From positions 53,117 through 117,116 of the forward strand of contig WBUH01000011.1 of NCBI GenBank assembly GCA_008933805.1: a DNA stretch of 64,000 nucleotides, given 5' to 3'. A program made the position numbers and the translations under genes. Below, piece after piece: positions 27,608 to 37,406 of the stretch; the stretch's first letter is position 1, and each line of letters starts with the position of its first letter. The notes beneath the pieces were generated by a model. It was not told the DNA's origin. It did not search any database and saw nothing but the letters and a program-made list of their open reading frames with translations. The stretch comes from Bacteroidota bacterium (GTDB lineage Bacteria; Bacteroidota; Bacteroidia; UBA8524).

Positions 27608-29008
27608 ATGAAATGGGTATCTTCTTTAGTTATTGTTCTTTTGTTGGGCGCTTGCTCAACGTCGCAAAAATATTCAAATAGCCGATACCAAAGGCAGAAT
27701 AATACCGACGATGCGTATTTTTCGCCCGATGATGTGAAAAAAAACACCTCCGCCAAACGCGAGGAGGCTAAGACAGAAGTGGAAGAAGCGCCGGTAGAAC
27801 AATACCAAGGCAACTCTTCGTACTACGATAATACCCACGACGAAACTGCAAACCCAAATGCTGCACAACGCGGCACTAACTATCAGCAGTATTCTCAAAA
27901 TAATAATACTTCTACCAATATTACTCCTCCGCCTTCAAACCCAAATTCATTGCAAGGCACCCCACAATACAACATTACCAATAACTACTACGGTGGTTCG
28001 TATTTTGGCCGCAGACCATACTCTCCCATGTTTTACCCTTGGATGTCAAGCCCGGGCATGTCAATTTCATACAACACATGGAATAATTCGTGGTACATAG
28101 GACCCACTTTTAATTCAGGTTGGGGCTACAATAATTGGAATGCCGGATACAACCCATACGACCCTTGGGGGTGGAATAATAATTACTGGGGCTGGAATAA
28201 TTCATGGGGATATAATAGCTGGAATAATCCTTGGAATAATAACTTTGTTTACGACCCATGGATGAATACTTGGGTATATATGCCATTTAGCTACAATAGC
28301 TGGGGCTATAACCCTTATAATCCTTACATGGGGTATAACCCATATTCGCCTTATTATTCACATTGGGGACATAACCCCTACGACCCTTTTTGGAGTATCG
28401 GTAATAACAACGGCGGCAGCACAGTATCTAATACCGTAAACACCCGCCGAAGACCCACCAACAGCTTTATGCCTGCCACACAAACCGCAGGAACCAACGG
28501 CGGTTCTCGTATTGTAGGCCGTACAGAACGTATTGAGCAACCAACCACAGGCAATACTCCTACCCCTACAACTCCCCCCGCAGGCGGCACTTATACAAGG
28601 GGTGATGTTAATACAACACCTACTACCCCAACAACTACCGGTACTCGCACACAACCCGATTACCGTACTTACCCAACGGGTAGTAATACACCGTCAACCC
28701 CATCTGCTCCATCAACTAATACAACGCCTCCGCCAACAAATTACAACCCTTCGCCCGCTGGAGGCACGTATGGTAATGGAAACGCAAGCACAACACCATC
28801 GCGTAACAACAACACGCCAACTAATGTGCAGCCTGCTCCGCAAGCCCCTACACAACAACGCTATACTCCCCAACCTACCAATAATGCTCCCCGCGATGTA
28901 TTTGCCCCACAAAACACCGGAGGCAATAACGGAGGCTCTAACCGTAACGGCGGTAGCACCGGCGGTGGTGGTGGAGGTAATAACGGTGGCGGCGGCAGAA
29001 GAAGGTAA
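27608..29008 (+). CDS. extreme low-complexity lipoprotein: W/N/Y-rich aromatic-Asn repeats, then a P/T-rich tract, then a Gly/Asn-rich C-terminus ending RRR
   Basis: Lipoprotein signal 'MKWVSSLVIVLLLGACSTSQ'. 'WNNSWYIGPTFNSGWGYNNWNAGYNPYDPWGWNNNYWGWNNSWGYNSWNNPWNNNFVYDPW', then '...PTTPPAGGTYTRGDVNTTPTTPTTTGTRTQPDYRTYPTGSNTPSTPSAPSTNTTPPPT', then '...GGNNGGSNRNGGSTGGGGGGNNGGGGRRR'. It lies 29 bp upstream of the FadL-like OMP gene. Confidence 0.6.
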   Translation: MKWVSSLVIVLLLGACSTSQKYSNSRYQRQNNTDDAYFSPDDVKKNTSAKREEAKTEVEEAPVEQYQGNSSYYDNTHDETANPNAAQRGTNYQQYSQNNNTSTNITPPPSNPNSLQGTPQYNITNNYYGGSYFGRRPYSPMFYPWMSSPGMSISYNTWNNSWYIGPTFNSGWGYNNWNAGYNPYDPWGWNNNYWGWNNSWGYNSWNNPWNNNFVYDPWMNTWVYMPFSYNSWGYNPYNPYMGYNPYSPYYSHWGHNPYDPFWSIGNNNGGSTVSNTVNTRRRPTNSFMPATQTAGTNGGSRIVGRTERIEQPTTGNTPTPTTPPAGGTYTRGDVNTTPTTPTTTGTRTQPDYRTYPTGSNTPSTPSAPSTNTTPPPTNYNPSPAGGTYGNGNASTTPSRNNNTPTNVQPAPQAPTQQRYTPQPTNNAPRDVFAPQNTGGNNGGSNRNGGSTGGGGGGNNGGGGRRR

Positions 29009-29037
29009 TCTAAGCTGTTTTTTGTAAGCACTTTTGC

Positions 29038-30549
29038 ATGAAGAAATTAATTTTAGCATCGATGCTGGCAGGGCTTGCTGTGCAAGCACAGGCTCAAGGT
29101 TTTTTAGACCTTAAACGATATTCTGTAACCCGCCAGTTTGGTACGGCCCGAAGCATGGGTATGGGCGGCGCAATTGGTGCTACCGGTATTGATTTTAGTG
29201 TGTCGCAGGTAAATCCTGCCGCATTGGGACAAATCCGAATAAGTCAGGCATCGGGCACTATCGGGTTAAACTTTACCGGAAACAGCGGCACCTATCTCGA
29301 CCATAACGTGCAAGACAATCGCTTTAATTTTTCAATACCCAATATTGGAATTGTGTTATCTAAAGTGCAAACCAAAATGGGTAAGGAAAAAACCACTGGA
29401 TTGGTGAGTTACTCGTTTGGCTTTGGATTTAACCGCGTAAATGATTTCAACCGAAATATTACAATCTCTGCCCCAAATTCACAAAGCAGTTATTTGGATT
29501 ATCTGGCCGAACAAGCCACTAAATATGTTGACTGGAATAGCACTGCCAACAATTTTTATCCCTTTTACCCCGAAGAATTAGCCTTAGCGGCAAATACCAT
29601 TGTTCACGTAGGTGATAATAAATACGAAGCAAACCTGCCCAACGTAGTAACCATGAACCAAAACTACCGCTATCAGCAAAGCGGCAGGCAAACCGATTGG
29701 AATATCTCGTGGGGAGGGAACTTTAGCCACCGTATGTATTTTGGAGCTGCTATAAGTGTTCCCGCAATACGGTATAACTCAACCGAAACCATCACCGAAC
29801 AGTCTGACGACCCCAACCTAAGCCCCAACGTTTCGTTTGAACAAAACACAACTGTTTCTACCTCAGGAACGGGCTTTAATGGTAAAGTAGGGCTAATGTT
29901 CAGAGCTAATGACTGGCTTCGCTTGGGTTTGGCTTACCACTCGCCTACCTCATACACCCTTACCGACCAGTTTAGTTATACGTTCATGTCTCGTAACTTT
30001 ACAAACGGTCAGTTTGTGTACACCTCAGGACAACTACTGAGTTCTGACCCCGGCAACTTTAAGTATAAATTTGTTACCCCGGGAAAAATGGTATTGAGCA
30101 CTGCCCTAGTTTTGAAAAAAACAGCCATGGTAGCCATTGATTACGAGATGGTGAATTATAAAGAAGCCCAAAGCCCAACCAGCGAACTCATTTTCGTAAA
30201 CAATTTAGTACGTGATAATTTTAGGACGGCTGATAATTTCCGCATCGGGGGCGAATACAATTATTTAGATTACCGTTTCAGGGCAGGATATGCAATGTAT
30301 GCTTCGCCGTTTAACAATGTAATTTTAAATGCCATCAAAGGCGAGAACCTTGCCTTGCAGGTATATAGCCTCGGCTTTGGCTATCAGGAACCGTCAGGAA
30401 ACCTGTTTTTTGATGCCGCATTAATGTACGAGCAGTTTAGTGAGTTCTATACTCCGTATTTATTAGAAACCTCAAACAGACCCTATTTCACCTCAAGTAA
30501 TAAAGTAGGCATCACCCGTTTGATGTTTACAGTAGGTTCACGTTTCTAA
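29038..30549 (+). CDS. FadL/OmpP1/TodX-family outer-membrane beta-barrel (possibly PorV/LptO-like)
   Basis: Signal peptide 'MKKLILASMLAGLAVQAQA'. The N-terminal 'SARSMGMGGAIGATGIDFSVSQVNPAALG' is the hallmark FadL-family motif. The C-terminus ends in an aromatic residue ('...MFTVGSRF'). 503 aa. Confidence 0.6.
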   Translation: MKKLILASMLAGLAVQAQAQGFLDLKRYSVTRQFGTARSMGMGGAIGATGIDFSVSQVNPAALGQIRISQASGTIGLNFTGNSGTYLDHNVQDNRFNFSIPNIGIVLSKVQTKMGKEKTTGLVSYSFGFGFNRVNDFNRNITISAPNSQSSYLDYLAEQATKYVDWNSTANNFYPFYPEELALAANTIVHVGDNKYEANLPNVVTMNQNYRYQQSGRQTDWNISWGGNFSHRMYFGAAISVPAIRYNSTETITEQSDDPNLSPNVSFEQNTTVSTSGTGFNGKVGLMFRANDWLRLGLAYHSPTSYTLTDQFSYTFMSRNFTNGQFVYTSGQLLSSDPGNFKYKFVTPGKMVLSTALVLKKTAMVAIDYEMVNYKEAQSPTSELIFVNNLVRDNFRTADNFRIGGEYNYLDYRFRAGYAMYASPFNNVILNAIKGENLALQVYSLGFGYQEPSGNLFFDAALMYEQFSEFYTPYLLETSNRPYFTSSNKVGITRLMFTVGSRF

Positions 30550-30632
30550 GCTGTTTGTTCGCCGAAAACTTTCGGTTTTTCTATGTTTATTAGGGCTTGT
30601 CGCGTATTTTTGTTAAAAACGCTCTTAAACCT

Positions 30633-31211
30633 ATGACAGAATGGTGGACTGCCCTCGACGGCTTCGATAAAATGCTATGGGCCATTACCCTTGTTTCTAC
30701 CCTTATTTTTATCTTTCAAACTATCGCCACCTTCACAGGCATGGATAGCGACGGCGGTGTTGATGCCGATTTTTCAGGTGATATGGAAACCCACCACGGC
30801 GGTGATACTCCGTTTCAACTGTTCACCTTCCGCAACTTTGTAAACTTCTTCTTGGGCTTCGGCTGGACGGTATTATCGTTAGAAGACACCATTGGCAACC
30901 GCGCAATAACTTTACTTATCGGCGTGTTGGTGGGTGCTTTGCTCGTAGCAGCAGTCATGTACATGTTTTTCGCCATCAGCAAGCTTAGCCAATCAGGCAA
31001 CATGGAGTTGAAAAATGCCATAGATAAAACCGCACAGGTATATCTCACCGTTCCGGCCAATAAAAGCGGAGCAGGTAAAGTACACGTGCAAATACAAGGC
31101 AGTTTGCACGAGCTGGATGCAATGACCGAAGGGGACGCACTGCCCACCGGCTCTATGGCAAAAGTGAAAGAAATACTTACCGATAAAATAGTATTAGTAG
31201 AAAAAATCTAA
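30633..31211 (+). CDS. NfeD/YqiJ-like membrane protein (flotillin-associated, OB-fold C-terminus)
   Basis: It has two or three TM helices then a C-terminal beta-rich domain ('KVHVQIQGSLHELDAMTEGDALPTGSMAKVKEI'). It lies directly upstream of a flotillin gene, the classic yqiJ-yqiK arrangement. The start is taken at ATG 30633; the ORF extends to 30597. Confidence 0.65.
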   Translation: MTEWWTALDGFDKMLWAITLVSTLIFIFQTIATFTGMDSDGGVDADFSGDMETHHGGDTPFQLFTFRNFVNFFLGFGWTVLSLEDTIGNRAITLLIGVLVGALLVAAVMYMFFAISKLSQSGNMELKNAIDKTAQVYLTVPANKSGAGKVHVQIQGSLHELDAMTEGDALPTGSMAKVKEILTDKIVLVEKI

Positions 31212-31234
31212 CCTCTTTAATAGTTCATTAGTTT

Positions 31235-32767
31235 ATGCCCGAATTAATTTTTGTAGTTGTAATTGCTGCCGTTCTGTTTGTAACATTTGCAGCCCTTTTA
31301 TCGCGTTACAAACGTTGTCCGTCAGACAAAATTTTGGTTATTTACGGTAAAACCGGAAAACAGTCTACCGCACGTTGTGTGCATGGTGGTGCCGCCTTTA
31401 TCTGGCCGGTTATCCAAAGCTATGCCTTTTTGGATTTGAAGCCCATTTCTATCGAAGCTAACCTTACTAATGCACTTAGTAAGCAAAACATCCGTGTAGA
31501 TGTTCCCTGCCGTTTTACCATTGCAATTACCACCGACCCTGACAGCATGAACAACGCTGCCGAACGTCTTTTGGGTCTTAGCAACGACCAAATACACGAG
31601 TTGGCTAAGGATATGCTGTTTGGCCAATTACGTTTGGTGATTGCAACCATGGATATTGAAGAGATTAACAGCGACCGTGATAAGTTTTTGGCCAACGTTT
31701 CAACCAACGTAGATACAGAATTGCGCAAAATAGGCTTGAAACTGATAAACGTAAACGTAACGGATATAAGAGACGAATCGGGCTATATTGAGGCCTTGGG
31801 TAAGGAAGCTGCTGCAAAAGCCATTAACGAGGCTAAAAAGAGCGTTGCTGAGCAAGACCGCTTTGGTGAGATTGGTAAGGCGGTAGCCGAACGTGATAAA
31901 GACGTAAGTATTGCCGAAACCCAACGCGACAGGGATGCCAGTATTGCCAATACGGTAAAAGACCGTGAGGTATTGATTGCGATTGCAAAACGCGACGAGG
32001 CCATCGGTAAGGCAGAAGCAGAACGCGAAACCCGTATAAAAACCGCTGAAGCGAACTCAATTGCGGTGGAAGGTGAAAACACGGCAAAAATCACCATTGC
32101 CAATTCTGATTCGTTGCGTCGTGAACGCGAAGCAGAGGCTAACAAAAAGGCGGTATCGGCTGAAAAGGTGCAAACTGCAAAAGCATTGGAAGAATCGTAC
32201 CATGCTGAAAAACTTGCGGAAGAAGCCCGTGCACAGCGCGAAAAGGCAACCCAAGAAGCTAACATTATTATCCCTGCACAAATAGAAAAAGAAAAGGCGA
32301 TTATCGACGCTGAAGCCGAAGCAGAGCAACTGCGCCGCAGGGCAAAAGGTGAGGCAGATGCAATATTTGCTAAAATGGACGCTGAGGCCCGCGGTATGTA
32401 CGAAATACTTACCAAGCAGGCCGAAGGTTACCAACGCATTGTAGCGGCTGCCGGCGGCGACCCTGCTAAAGCGGTTACCTTCTTAATTGCTGATAAACTG
32501 CCCGAATTGGTGCGCACACAGGTAGAGGCCGTTAAAAACATTAAAATTGATAAGATTACGGTTTGGGAAAACGGCAGTAATGCCGATGGCACTACCAGTA
32601 CCTCTAACTTTATTTCAGGAATGATGAAGGCCGTGCCCCCATTAAACGATTTGTTTAATATGGCAGGAATGAACCTACCCAATTACCTGAAAGGGGATGA
32701 TAAAAAGGCGGACGCTCCTACCAACACTACTACACCCACTAACGACAACGATAAACCTGCGTTGTAA
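31235..32767 (+). CDS. flotillin (SPFH/band-7) family protein, YqiK/FloT-like, with a long coiled-coil and an acidic/Thr-rich tail
   Basis: N-terminal TM 'LIFVVVIAAVLFVTFAALL', the SPFH block 'VDVPCRFTIAITTDPDSMNNAAERLLGL', and a long A/E/K/R-rich coiled coil ('AEAERETRIKTAEANSIAVEGENTAKITIANSDSLRREREAEANKKAVSAEKV'). Confidence 0.85.
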   Translation: MPELIFVVVIAAVLFVTFAALLSRYKRCPSDKILVIYGKTGKQSTARCVHGGAAFIWPVIQSYAFLDLKPISIEANLTNALSKQNIRVDVPCRFTIAITTDPDSMNNAAERLLGLSNDQIHELAKDMLFGQLRLVIATMDIEEINSDRDKFLANVSTNVDTELRKIGLKLINVNVTDIRDESGYIEALGKEAAAKAINEAKKSVAEQDRFGEIGKAVAERDKDVSIAETQRDRDASIANTVKDREVLIAIAKRDEAIGKAEAERETRIKTAEANSIAVEGENTAKITIANSDSLRREREAEANKKAVSAEKVQTAKALEESYHAEKLAEEARAQREKATQEANIIIPAQIEKEKAIIDAEAEAEQLRRRAKGEADAIFAKMDAEARGMYEILTKQAEGYQRIVAAAGGDPAKAVTFLIADKLPELVRTQVEAVKNIKIDKITVWENGSNADGTTSTSNFISGMMKAVPPLNDLFNMAGMNLPNYLKGDDKKADAPTNTTTPTNDNDKPAL

Positions 32768-32780
32768 TAAGGCATTATAT

Positions 32781-32827
32781 GAAACGTCCGCCTCCCTTCG
32801 ACAAGCTCAGGGTCAGGCGGACGTTTC
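32781..32827. other. strong 13-bp stem-loop (gaaacgtccgcct-N21-aggcggacgtttc) after the flotillin gene, with a duplicated 'cttcg(a/g)caagctcagggt' motif
   Basis: Perfect inverted repeat. It is not followed by a T-run, so it is REP-like rather than a classic terminator. 'cttcgacaagctcag' recurs at ~47795. Confidence 0.5.
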
Positions 32828-32866
32828 AATAATGGTAAAAGCCCTTCGGCAAGCTCAGGGTAAGAA

Positions 32867-33625
32867 TTAATCCCTAAAGCGATACACTTCTTTAAAAGTG
32901 GTTTCAATTTGGGTGCGGTCTTGCGGGGGCAAGGCTACCAGGTAAAAGATTGTGTAGGTGCGGTCTAAGGCACTTTTCTCTTTGTATTTAATATCCAGTT
33001 CGCGATAGCCGTCAGTAGAAACCGCTACCACACGATTGGCTGTATCTGTAAACACCATCATGCGGAAATCATTGGCTCCTTCAGGCGAACGTCCGTCGTG
33101 GGCAAACCACATCGTATAAGGCCCTGTCAATTCAGCCTTGATAAAGCCGAAATCAACAGCAAACTTTTCAAATACCCCCCATTGTTTGTTCTTTTTGGCT
33201 TTAGCAACTGCTTCAAAGCGGGGTTCCATGCGGGTTGATTCAATAATGGCCGTATCGGGAATGTATAAATAGAGGGCAAACTTTTTTAAATGCCTGTAAT
33301 TGCCCTGCAACGGGTCGTTAAAGAAGGGCAATGTAAAATCAGTAACAGTCTTAGAACGAATACTGAAATCAAAAAACTCACGCAAAGGGGTGCCTGCCTT
33401 TATCTTATTGCCCTCTTTTATGTATTGGGTATCTACATAGCCTACCCACATAATCATGCGCCATTTGCCGTATGCAGGCTCGTATGGATAAACCATAGCA
33501 CTATCTGCAAACTCTACCATTGCATTGCCGTCTATTGCTTGTAAAGCAGTCGTGCCTTTTTTAACCAGCTCGGCACGACCAACAACAGCTACAAACAGTA
33601 AAAGTATTCCCCAAAAACTTTTCAT
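32867..33625 (-). CDS. hypothetical secreted protein
   Basis: The start is taken at ATG 33623-33625 ('MKSFWGILLLFVAVVGRAELV', signal peptide). No recognisable domain. Confidence 0.5.
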   Translation of the reverse strand: MKSFWGILLLFVAVVGRAELVKKGTTALQAIDGNAMVEFADSAMVYPYEPAYGKWRMIMWVGYVDTQYIKEGNKIKAGTPLREFFDFSIRSKTVTDFTLPFFNDPLQGNYRHLKKFALYLYIPDTAIIESTRMEPRFEAVAKAKKNKQWGVFEKFAVDFGFIKAELTGPYTMWFAHDGRSPEGANDFRMMVFTDTANRVVAVSTDGYRELDIKYKEKSALDRTYTIFYLVALPPQDRTQIETTFKEVYRFRD

Positions 33626-33744
33626 TATTCTATTCTCCGTAAAATCCGTGCCGAATGTGGTTGTTTGCATTAATTCTTACCACGTCTCAGCTAAATTAAT
33701 GGTTTTGAGCCAGCCCTCTTATTATTTTATACAACCGCCTTAAA

Positions 33745-33780
33745 ACAAAACGGGGCTACCAAATGGCAGCCCCGTTCTTA
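33745..33780. terminator. rho-independent terminator (aacggggct-accaaatgg-cagccccgtt)
   Basis: A 9-bp stem, 3' of the - strand PPIase gene ending at 33797. Confidence 0.6.
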
Positions 33781-33796
33781 TAAAGTCTTTTATCTA

Positions 33797-35947
33797 TTAA
33801 TAGAATTTGTAGCGCATATCTGTAATATCAGACAGTTTGCGCAATGCTTCAGTAGCACGCATTTCTGAACCGCTGGTAGCTTGTTGCGCCATACGCAATT
33901 TAACCTCGTCTAGCTTTTCAGGAGCTTTAGCTTCATCCTTAGCTGTTATGTAAAATGCATACACGCCGGCTTGACCTTTTACAGGACCGGTAATTTTATT
34001 TTTCTCGCTGCCGAACAAATAACCCAACAAACGAGGCTCCATACCGATACTCAAAACGTTTGGAGATACAAAAGTTTGGTAAGGAATATCTATTACCTGA
34101 GTGTTTAGTTTTTGTGCCACTTGGTCAAGGCTGGTAGCACCGTTCAGTGCATCCTGCATTTTTTGACGCAATTGGGCAGCTTTCTTTTCTTTACGAACTT
34201 GCTCTTCTAGTTTCTCACGAACGTCTTCTACCTTGGCAGTACCTTTTTCGCGGATACCTACTACACGTGCAATGATAATCTTGGTGTTACCATCAACATC
34301 CATAGGCTCAGAAATATCGCCAACTTTACGGTCGTCGTTAAACGCCCAAAGTACAACACGACGAGCATCGTTGATACCTGAAAACGTTTGGTCGTTAGGA
34401 CCTACTTGGTCAGCTATACGCTTGCTCATTCCCATTTTCTCAATCAGTTGGTTAAACTGCTCTTCGTTTGATGCAGAACCATAGAATTCAGTAGCCTTAT
34501 TTGATATGCTTTTCAGTGTTTCTTTTCCGGGTTCAATCACACGGCTGATCTCAGCCACTTTTACCATGCGTGAGCTTGGTTCAGCAGTTACTTTTACAAG
34601 GTGAACACCTTGGCCGGTAGCTACAATAGTATAATCACCGGTGCGGGTGCGGGTTACTGCATCCACAAGGTCTTTAGGCAACATTGGTGATTTTTTCTCA
34701 AACCATCCCAAATCACCACCTTTAGTGTTAGTACCGGGGTCTACGCTAAATTCTTTTACAGCATCTTCAAACGATTTACCACCGCGAATTTGAGCCAGTA
34801 CATCGGCAGCTTTTTTACGGGCGTTAATGGTATCGTCTTTGGTGATACCTTCAGGCCTGATAAGAATTTGAGCTGCATTGTAAAACAAAATGGTGTCGTT
34901 TTTAGCATCCAACACTTTGTAAATTTTATACGCTCCGTCTTTATACAAGGGGCCTACAACTGTACCTTTTTCAGCACTGAACAAAGGACCTTCAACTTCT
35001 TGGTTGAAAGCACCGCGGCGTTTAAAGGTTGTATCGTACATACCACCGTTGTTTACGATATAAATTGAATCGTTGGCAGTTTGTTTTAGCGCTTCGGTTT
35101 TTTCTACAGCCCATTTAAGAGTAGAAGCAGAATCTTCTTTTGATGGGAATATGTTAAAGGCCACATACTCCATTTTGCGAGAGTCTTCTTGCTTGAAATC
35201 TTCTGGGTGTTTTTGCAAGTATTCGCTCAACTCAGCATCAGTTACTTTAATAGTAGAATCTGAAATACTGAAAAAGTCAAGTTTTACAATCTGTGCTTTA
35301 ACATTGGTGTTAGTTGCAGCAAAATCTTCTTTGGCTTCTAGTGAGGTAACGTGTGAAACCTGACGCAAGTACGTGAAGTACTTTTTGTTTTGGATTTCTT
35401 CCATGATACCGTTATCAATGTATTCAATCCATTGCTTTTCTTCGTCGCTACCTTCTTCCAATTGCTGGCGGTGACCAAGTGCTTTTGAAAGATCAAGCTG
35501 ACCCATTGGGTTACGGAACTGTTCAAAGATTTGTCCTTCCTGTGGGTTGGTAAAATAACTCACCATACGTTGCGAAGGCTCAGGAGCTTTAAACTCAATC
35601 CAAGTAAGTTCCTCAGGACTGATTTTAATACCCATTTTCTCGTATTGTTTTTTCAATACAAGGTCTTTGAAGAAGTTTTCCCAAACTTGGTCGCGTATCA
35701 TACCTTGAAGCTCGTTGGGAACTTCACCGTATTGTTTGCGGTAGTTTTCTTCTACTTCGTTAACTTTTTTATCAAAGTCTTCGAATTTGATTTTTGTGCC
35801 TCCGATTTTTCCGACGGTATTTTCTTGTCGGTTAAAAAGTGAACTGTTGCTTGAGAAGGCATCTGTAAGGATGAACGCAAGCAGCGAAACAAAAATAACG
35901 CCTATAACAAGGCCCGAACGTTGTCTAATTTTACCTATAACAGCCAT
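33797..35947 (-). CDS. PpiD/SurA-like periplasmic chaperone, peptidyl-prolyl cis-trans isomerase (parvulin domain) with N-terminal membrane anchor
   Basis: The N-terminus 'MAVIGKIRQRSGLVIGVIFVSLLAFILTDAF' is PpiD-like. The parvulin block 'SFEDAVKEFSVDPGTNTKGGDLGWFEKKSPMLPKDLVDAV' is present. 716 aa. Confidence 0.8.
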   Translation of the reverse strand: MAVIGKIRQRSGLVIGVIFVSLLAFILTDAFSSNSSLFNRQENTVGKIGGTKIKFEDFDKKVNEVEENYRKQYGEVPNELQGMIRDQVWENFFKDLVLKKQYEKMGIKISPEELTWIEFKAPEPSQRMVSYFTNPQEGQIFEQFRNPMGQLDLSKALGHRQQLEEGSDEEKQWIEYIDNGIMEEIQNKKYFTYLRQVSHVTSLEAKEDFAATNTNVKAQIVKLDFFSISDSTIKVTDAELSEYLQKHPEDFKQEDSRKMEYVAFNIFPSKEDSASTLKWAVEKTEALKQTANDSIYIVNNGGMYDTTFKRRGAFNQEVEGPLFSAEKGTVVGPLYKDGAYKIYKVLDAKNDTILFYNAAQILIRPEGITKDDTINARKKAADVLAQIRGGKSFEDAVKEFSVDPGTNTKGGDLGWFEKKSPMLPKDLVDAVTRTRTGDYTIVATGQGVHLVKVTAEPSSRMVKVAEISRVIEPGKETLKSISNKATEFYGSASNEEQFNQLIEKMGMSKRIADQVGPNDQTFSGINDARRVVLWAFNDDRKVGDISEPMDVDGNTKIIIARVVGIREKGTAKVEDVREKLEEQVRKEKKAAQLRQKMQDALNGATSLDQVAQKLNTQVIDIPYQTFVSPNVLSIGMEPRLLGYLFGSEKNKITGPVKGQAGVYAFYITAKDEAKAPEKLDEVKLRMAQQATSGSEMRATEALRKLSDITDMRYKFY

Positions 35948-36005
35948 AATGCTATTTCAAAAGAGTCGCAAAATACACTATTTGTGTATGAAATTCAACC
36001 GGATA

Positions 36006-36953
36006 TTAATTTGTTGGAACTGGGTTACTATTTTTTGACAGAAAATCGGCATAAGCAATCTTAATACCCTCTGTTAAAGTTGTTTTGGGTTTCCAGCCTG
36101 TTGAAAACAGTTTATTGCTGTCCATCAGCTTACGTGGAGTACCGTCAGGCTTGGTGGTATCAAATTTTAATTCGCCTTGATAGCCTATTACATTTTTAAC
36201 GGTTTCGGCCAGTTCTTTTATAGTCAAGTCTTCGCCGTAACCAATGTTTACAAACTGTTTCTCGTTGTAATTCAGCATTAAATGAAAACAAGCATCCGCT
36301 AAATCATCGGCAAACAAAAATTCACGCAACGGGGTACCTGTCCCCCAAATTTCAACAAAAGAAGCTCCGCTTTCTTTAGCCTCATGAAACTTGCGGATAA
36401 GCGCAGGCAATACGTGTGAGTTTTGGGGATGGTAATTATCGTTTAACCCATACAAGTTGGTGGGCATTACGGCTATATAATTACAACCGTATTGGTCGCG
36501 GTAGGCTTCGCACATTTTTATGCCTGATATTTTAGCAATGGCATACGGCTCATTGGTAGGCTCCAGCAACCCTGTAAGCAAATATTCTTCTTTTAGCGGT
36601 TGTGGTGCCAACTTAGGATATATGCACGACGACCCGAAGAACATTAGTTTTTTTACATTGTTTACGTACGATTGGTGAATGATGTTGTTTTGAATCATCA
36701 GGTTATCGTACAAAAAATCGGCACGGTAAGTATTGTTGGCTACAATACCGCCCACTTTTGCTGCCGAAAGAAAAACATACTCAGGTTTTTCAGCCGCAAA
36801 AAAATCAGTAACAGCTTGTTGATTACGCAAATCCAACTCAGCACTGGTGCGGGTAACTATGTTATTATATCCTTCAGCCTGTAATTTGCGAACCATTGCC
36901 GAACCCACCATACCACGGTGACCGGCAACATATATCTTTGAACTCTTATCCAT
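36006..36953 (-). CDS. fcl: GDP-L-fucose synthase (GDP-4-keto-6-deoxymannose 3,5-epimerase/4-reductase)
   Basis: '[18 protein letters not shown]', '[10 protein letters not shown]', 'SSCIYPK', 'YAIAKI' are SDR catalytic motifs typical of Fcl. 315 aa. Confidence 0.9.
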   Translation of the reverse strand: MDKSSKIYVAGHRGMVGSAMVRKLQAEGYNNIVTRTSAELDLRNQQAVTDFFAAEKPEYVFLSAAKVGGIVANNTYRADFLYDNLMIQNNIIHQSYVNNVKKLMFFGSSCIYPKLAPQPLKEEYLLTGLLEPTNEPYAIAKISGIKMCEAYRDQYGCNYIAVMPTNLYGLNDNYHPQNSHVLPALIRKFHEAKESGASFVEIWGTGTPLREFLFADDLADACFHLMLNYNEKQFVNIGYGEDLTIKELAETVKNVIGYQGELKFDTTKPDGTPRKLMDSNKLFSTGWKPKTTLTEGIKIAYADFLSKNSNPVPTN

Positions 36954-37362
36954 TATGAGTTGTGTTTTGTGATTGGTGATTAGTGGTTTGGGTTAACTTT
37001 TGTTTCAACCTGCTTAATAAACCATTCAGCATTTTTCCAATTGAATCTAAACTTGAGTTAAGGCTTGTAAATTCTTCTATATTGATATAATTTAAATCCT
37101 TACTGAGTATCAAAAAATACTTGCATTCCTCTGTTGAACCTCTTGAAATGGTTAGAAAGTGAATAAGTTCAGCGGTAGTTTTACGCCCGCATCCTTCAGC
37201 AATGTTTGCTGGGATTGAGATTGATGCCCGTATTAGTTGGTTGGTCAAACGATATTCTTCAGTTTTAGGAAAAGAAGCTGTCTTTTTATATATGGCGAGT
37301 ACATACTCATGCGCTACTCGCCAAACTTCTAAATCTTTGAAACTGTTAATTTTGTTTTCCAT
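36946..37362 (-). CDS. four-helix-bundle protein (TIGR02436-type), inserted between gmd and fcl
   Basis: '[77 protein letters not shown]' is characteristic. The start is taken at ATG 37360-37362. There is an 8-nt overlap with the fcl start. Confidence 0.75.
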   Translation of the reverse strand: MENKINSFKDLEVWRVAHEYVLAIYKKTASFPKTEEYRLTNQLIRASISIPANIAEGCGRKTTAELIHFLTISRGSTEECKYFLILSKDLNYINIEEFTSLNSSLDSIGKMLNGLLSRLKQKLTQTTNHQSQNTTHNG

Positions 37363-37406
37363 GCCCCAACACAAAACACTAATCACCAATCCCTAACCAC
37401 CAAACC

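Noticed and set aside
28358-29089. Multiple - strand ORFs within the W/N/Y/P/T-rich gene
   Set aside because: Low-complexity codon repeats stay open in several frames. The + strand frame has the lipoprotein signal and a consistent architecture.
31322-32682. Many antisense ORFs across the flotillin gene (for example 31783..32415)
   Set aside because: The coiled-coil A/E/K/R codon bias leaves long antisense open frames rich in Ser/Ala. The flotillin frame carries the SPFH motifs.
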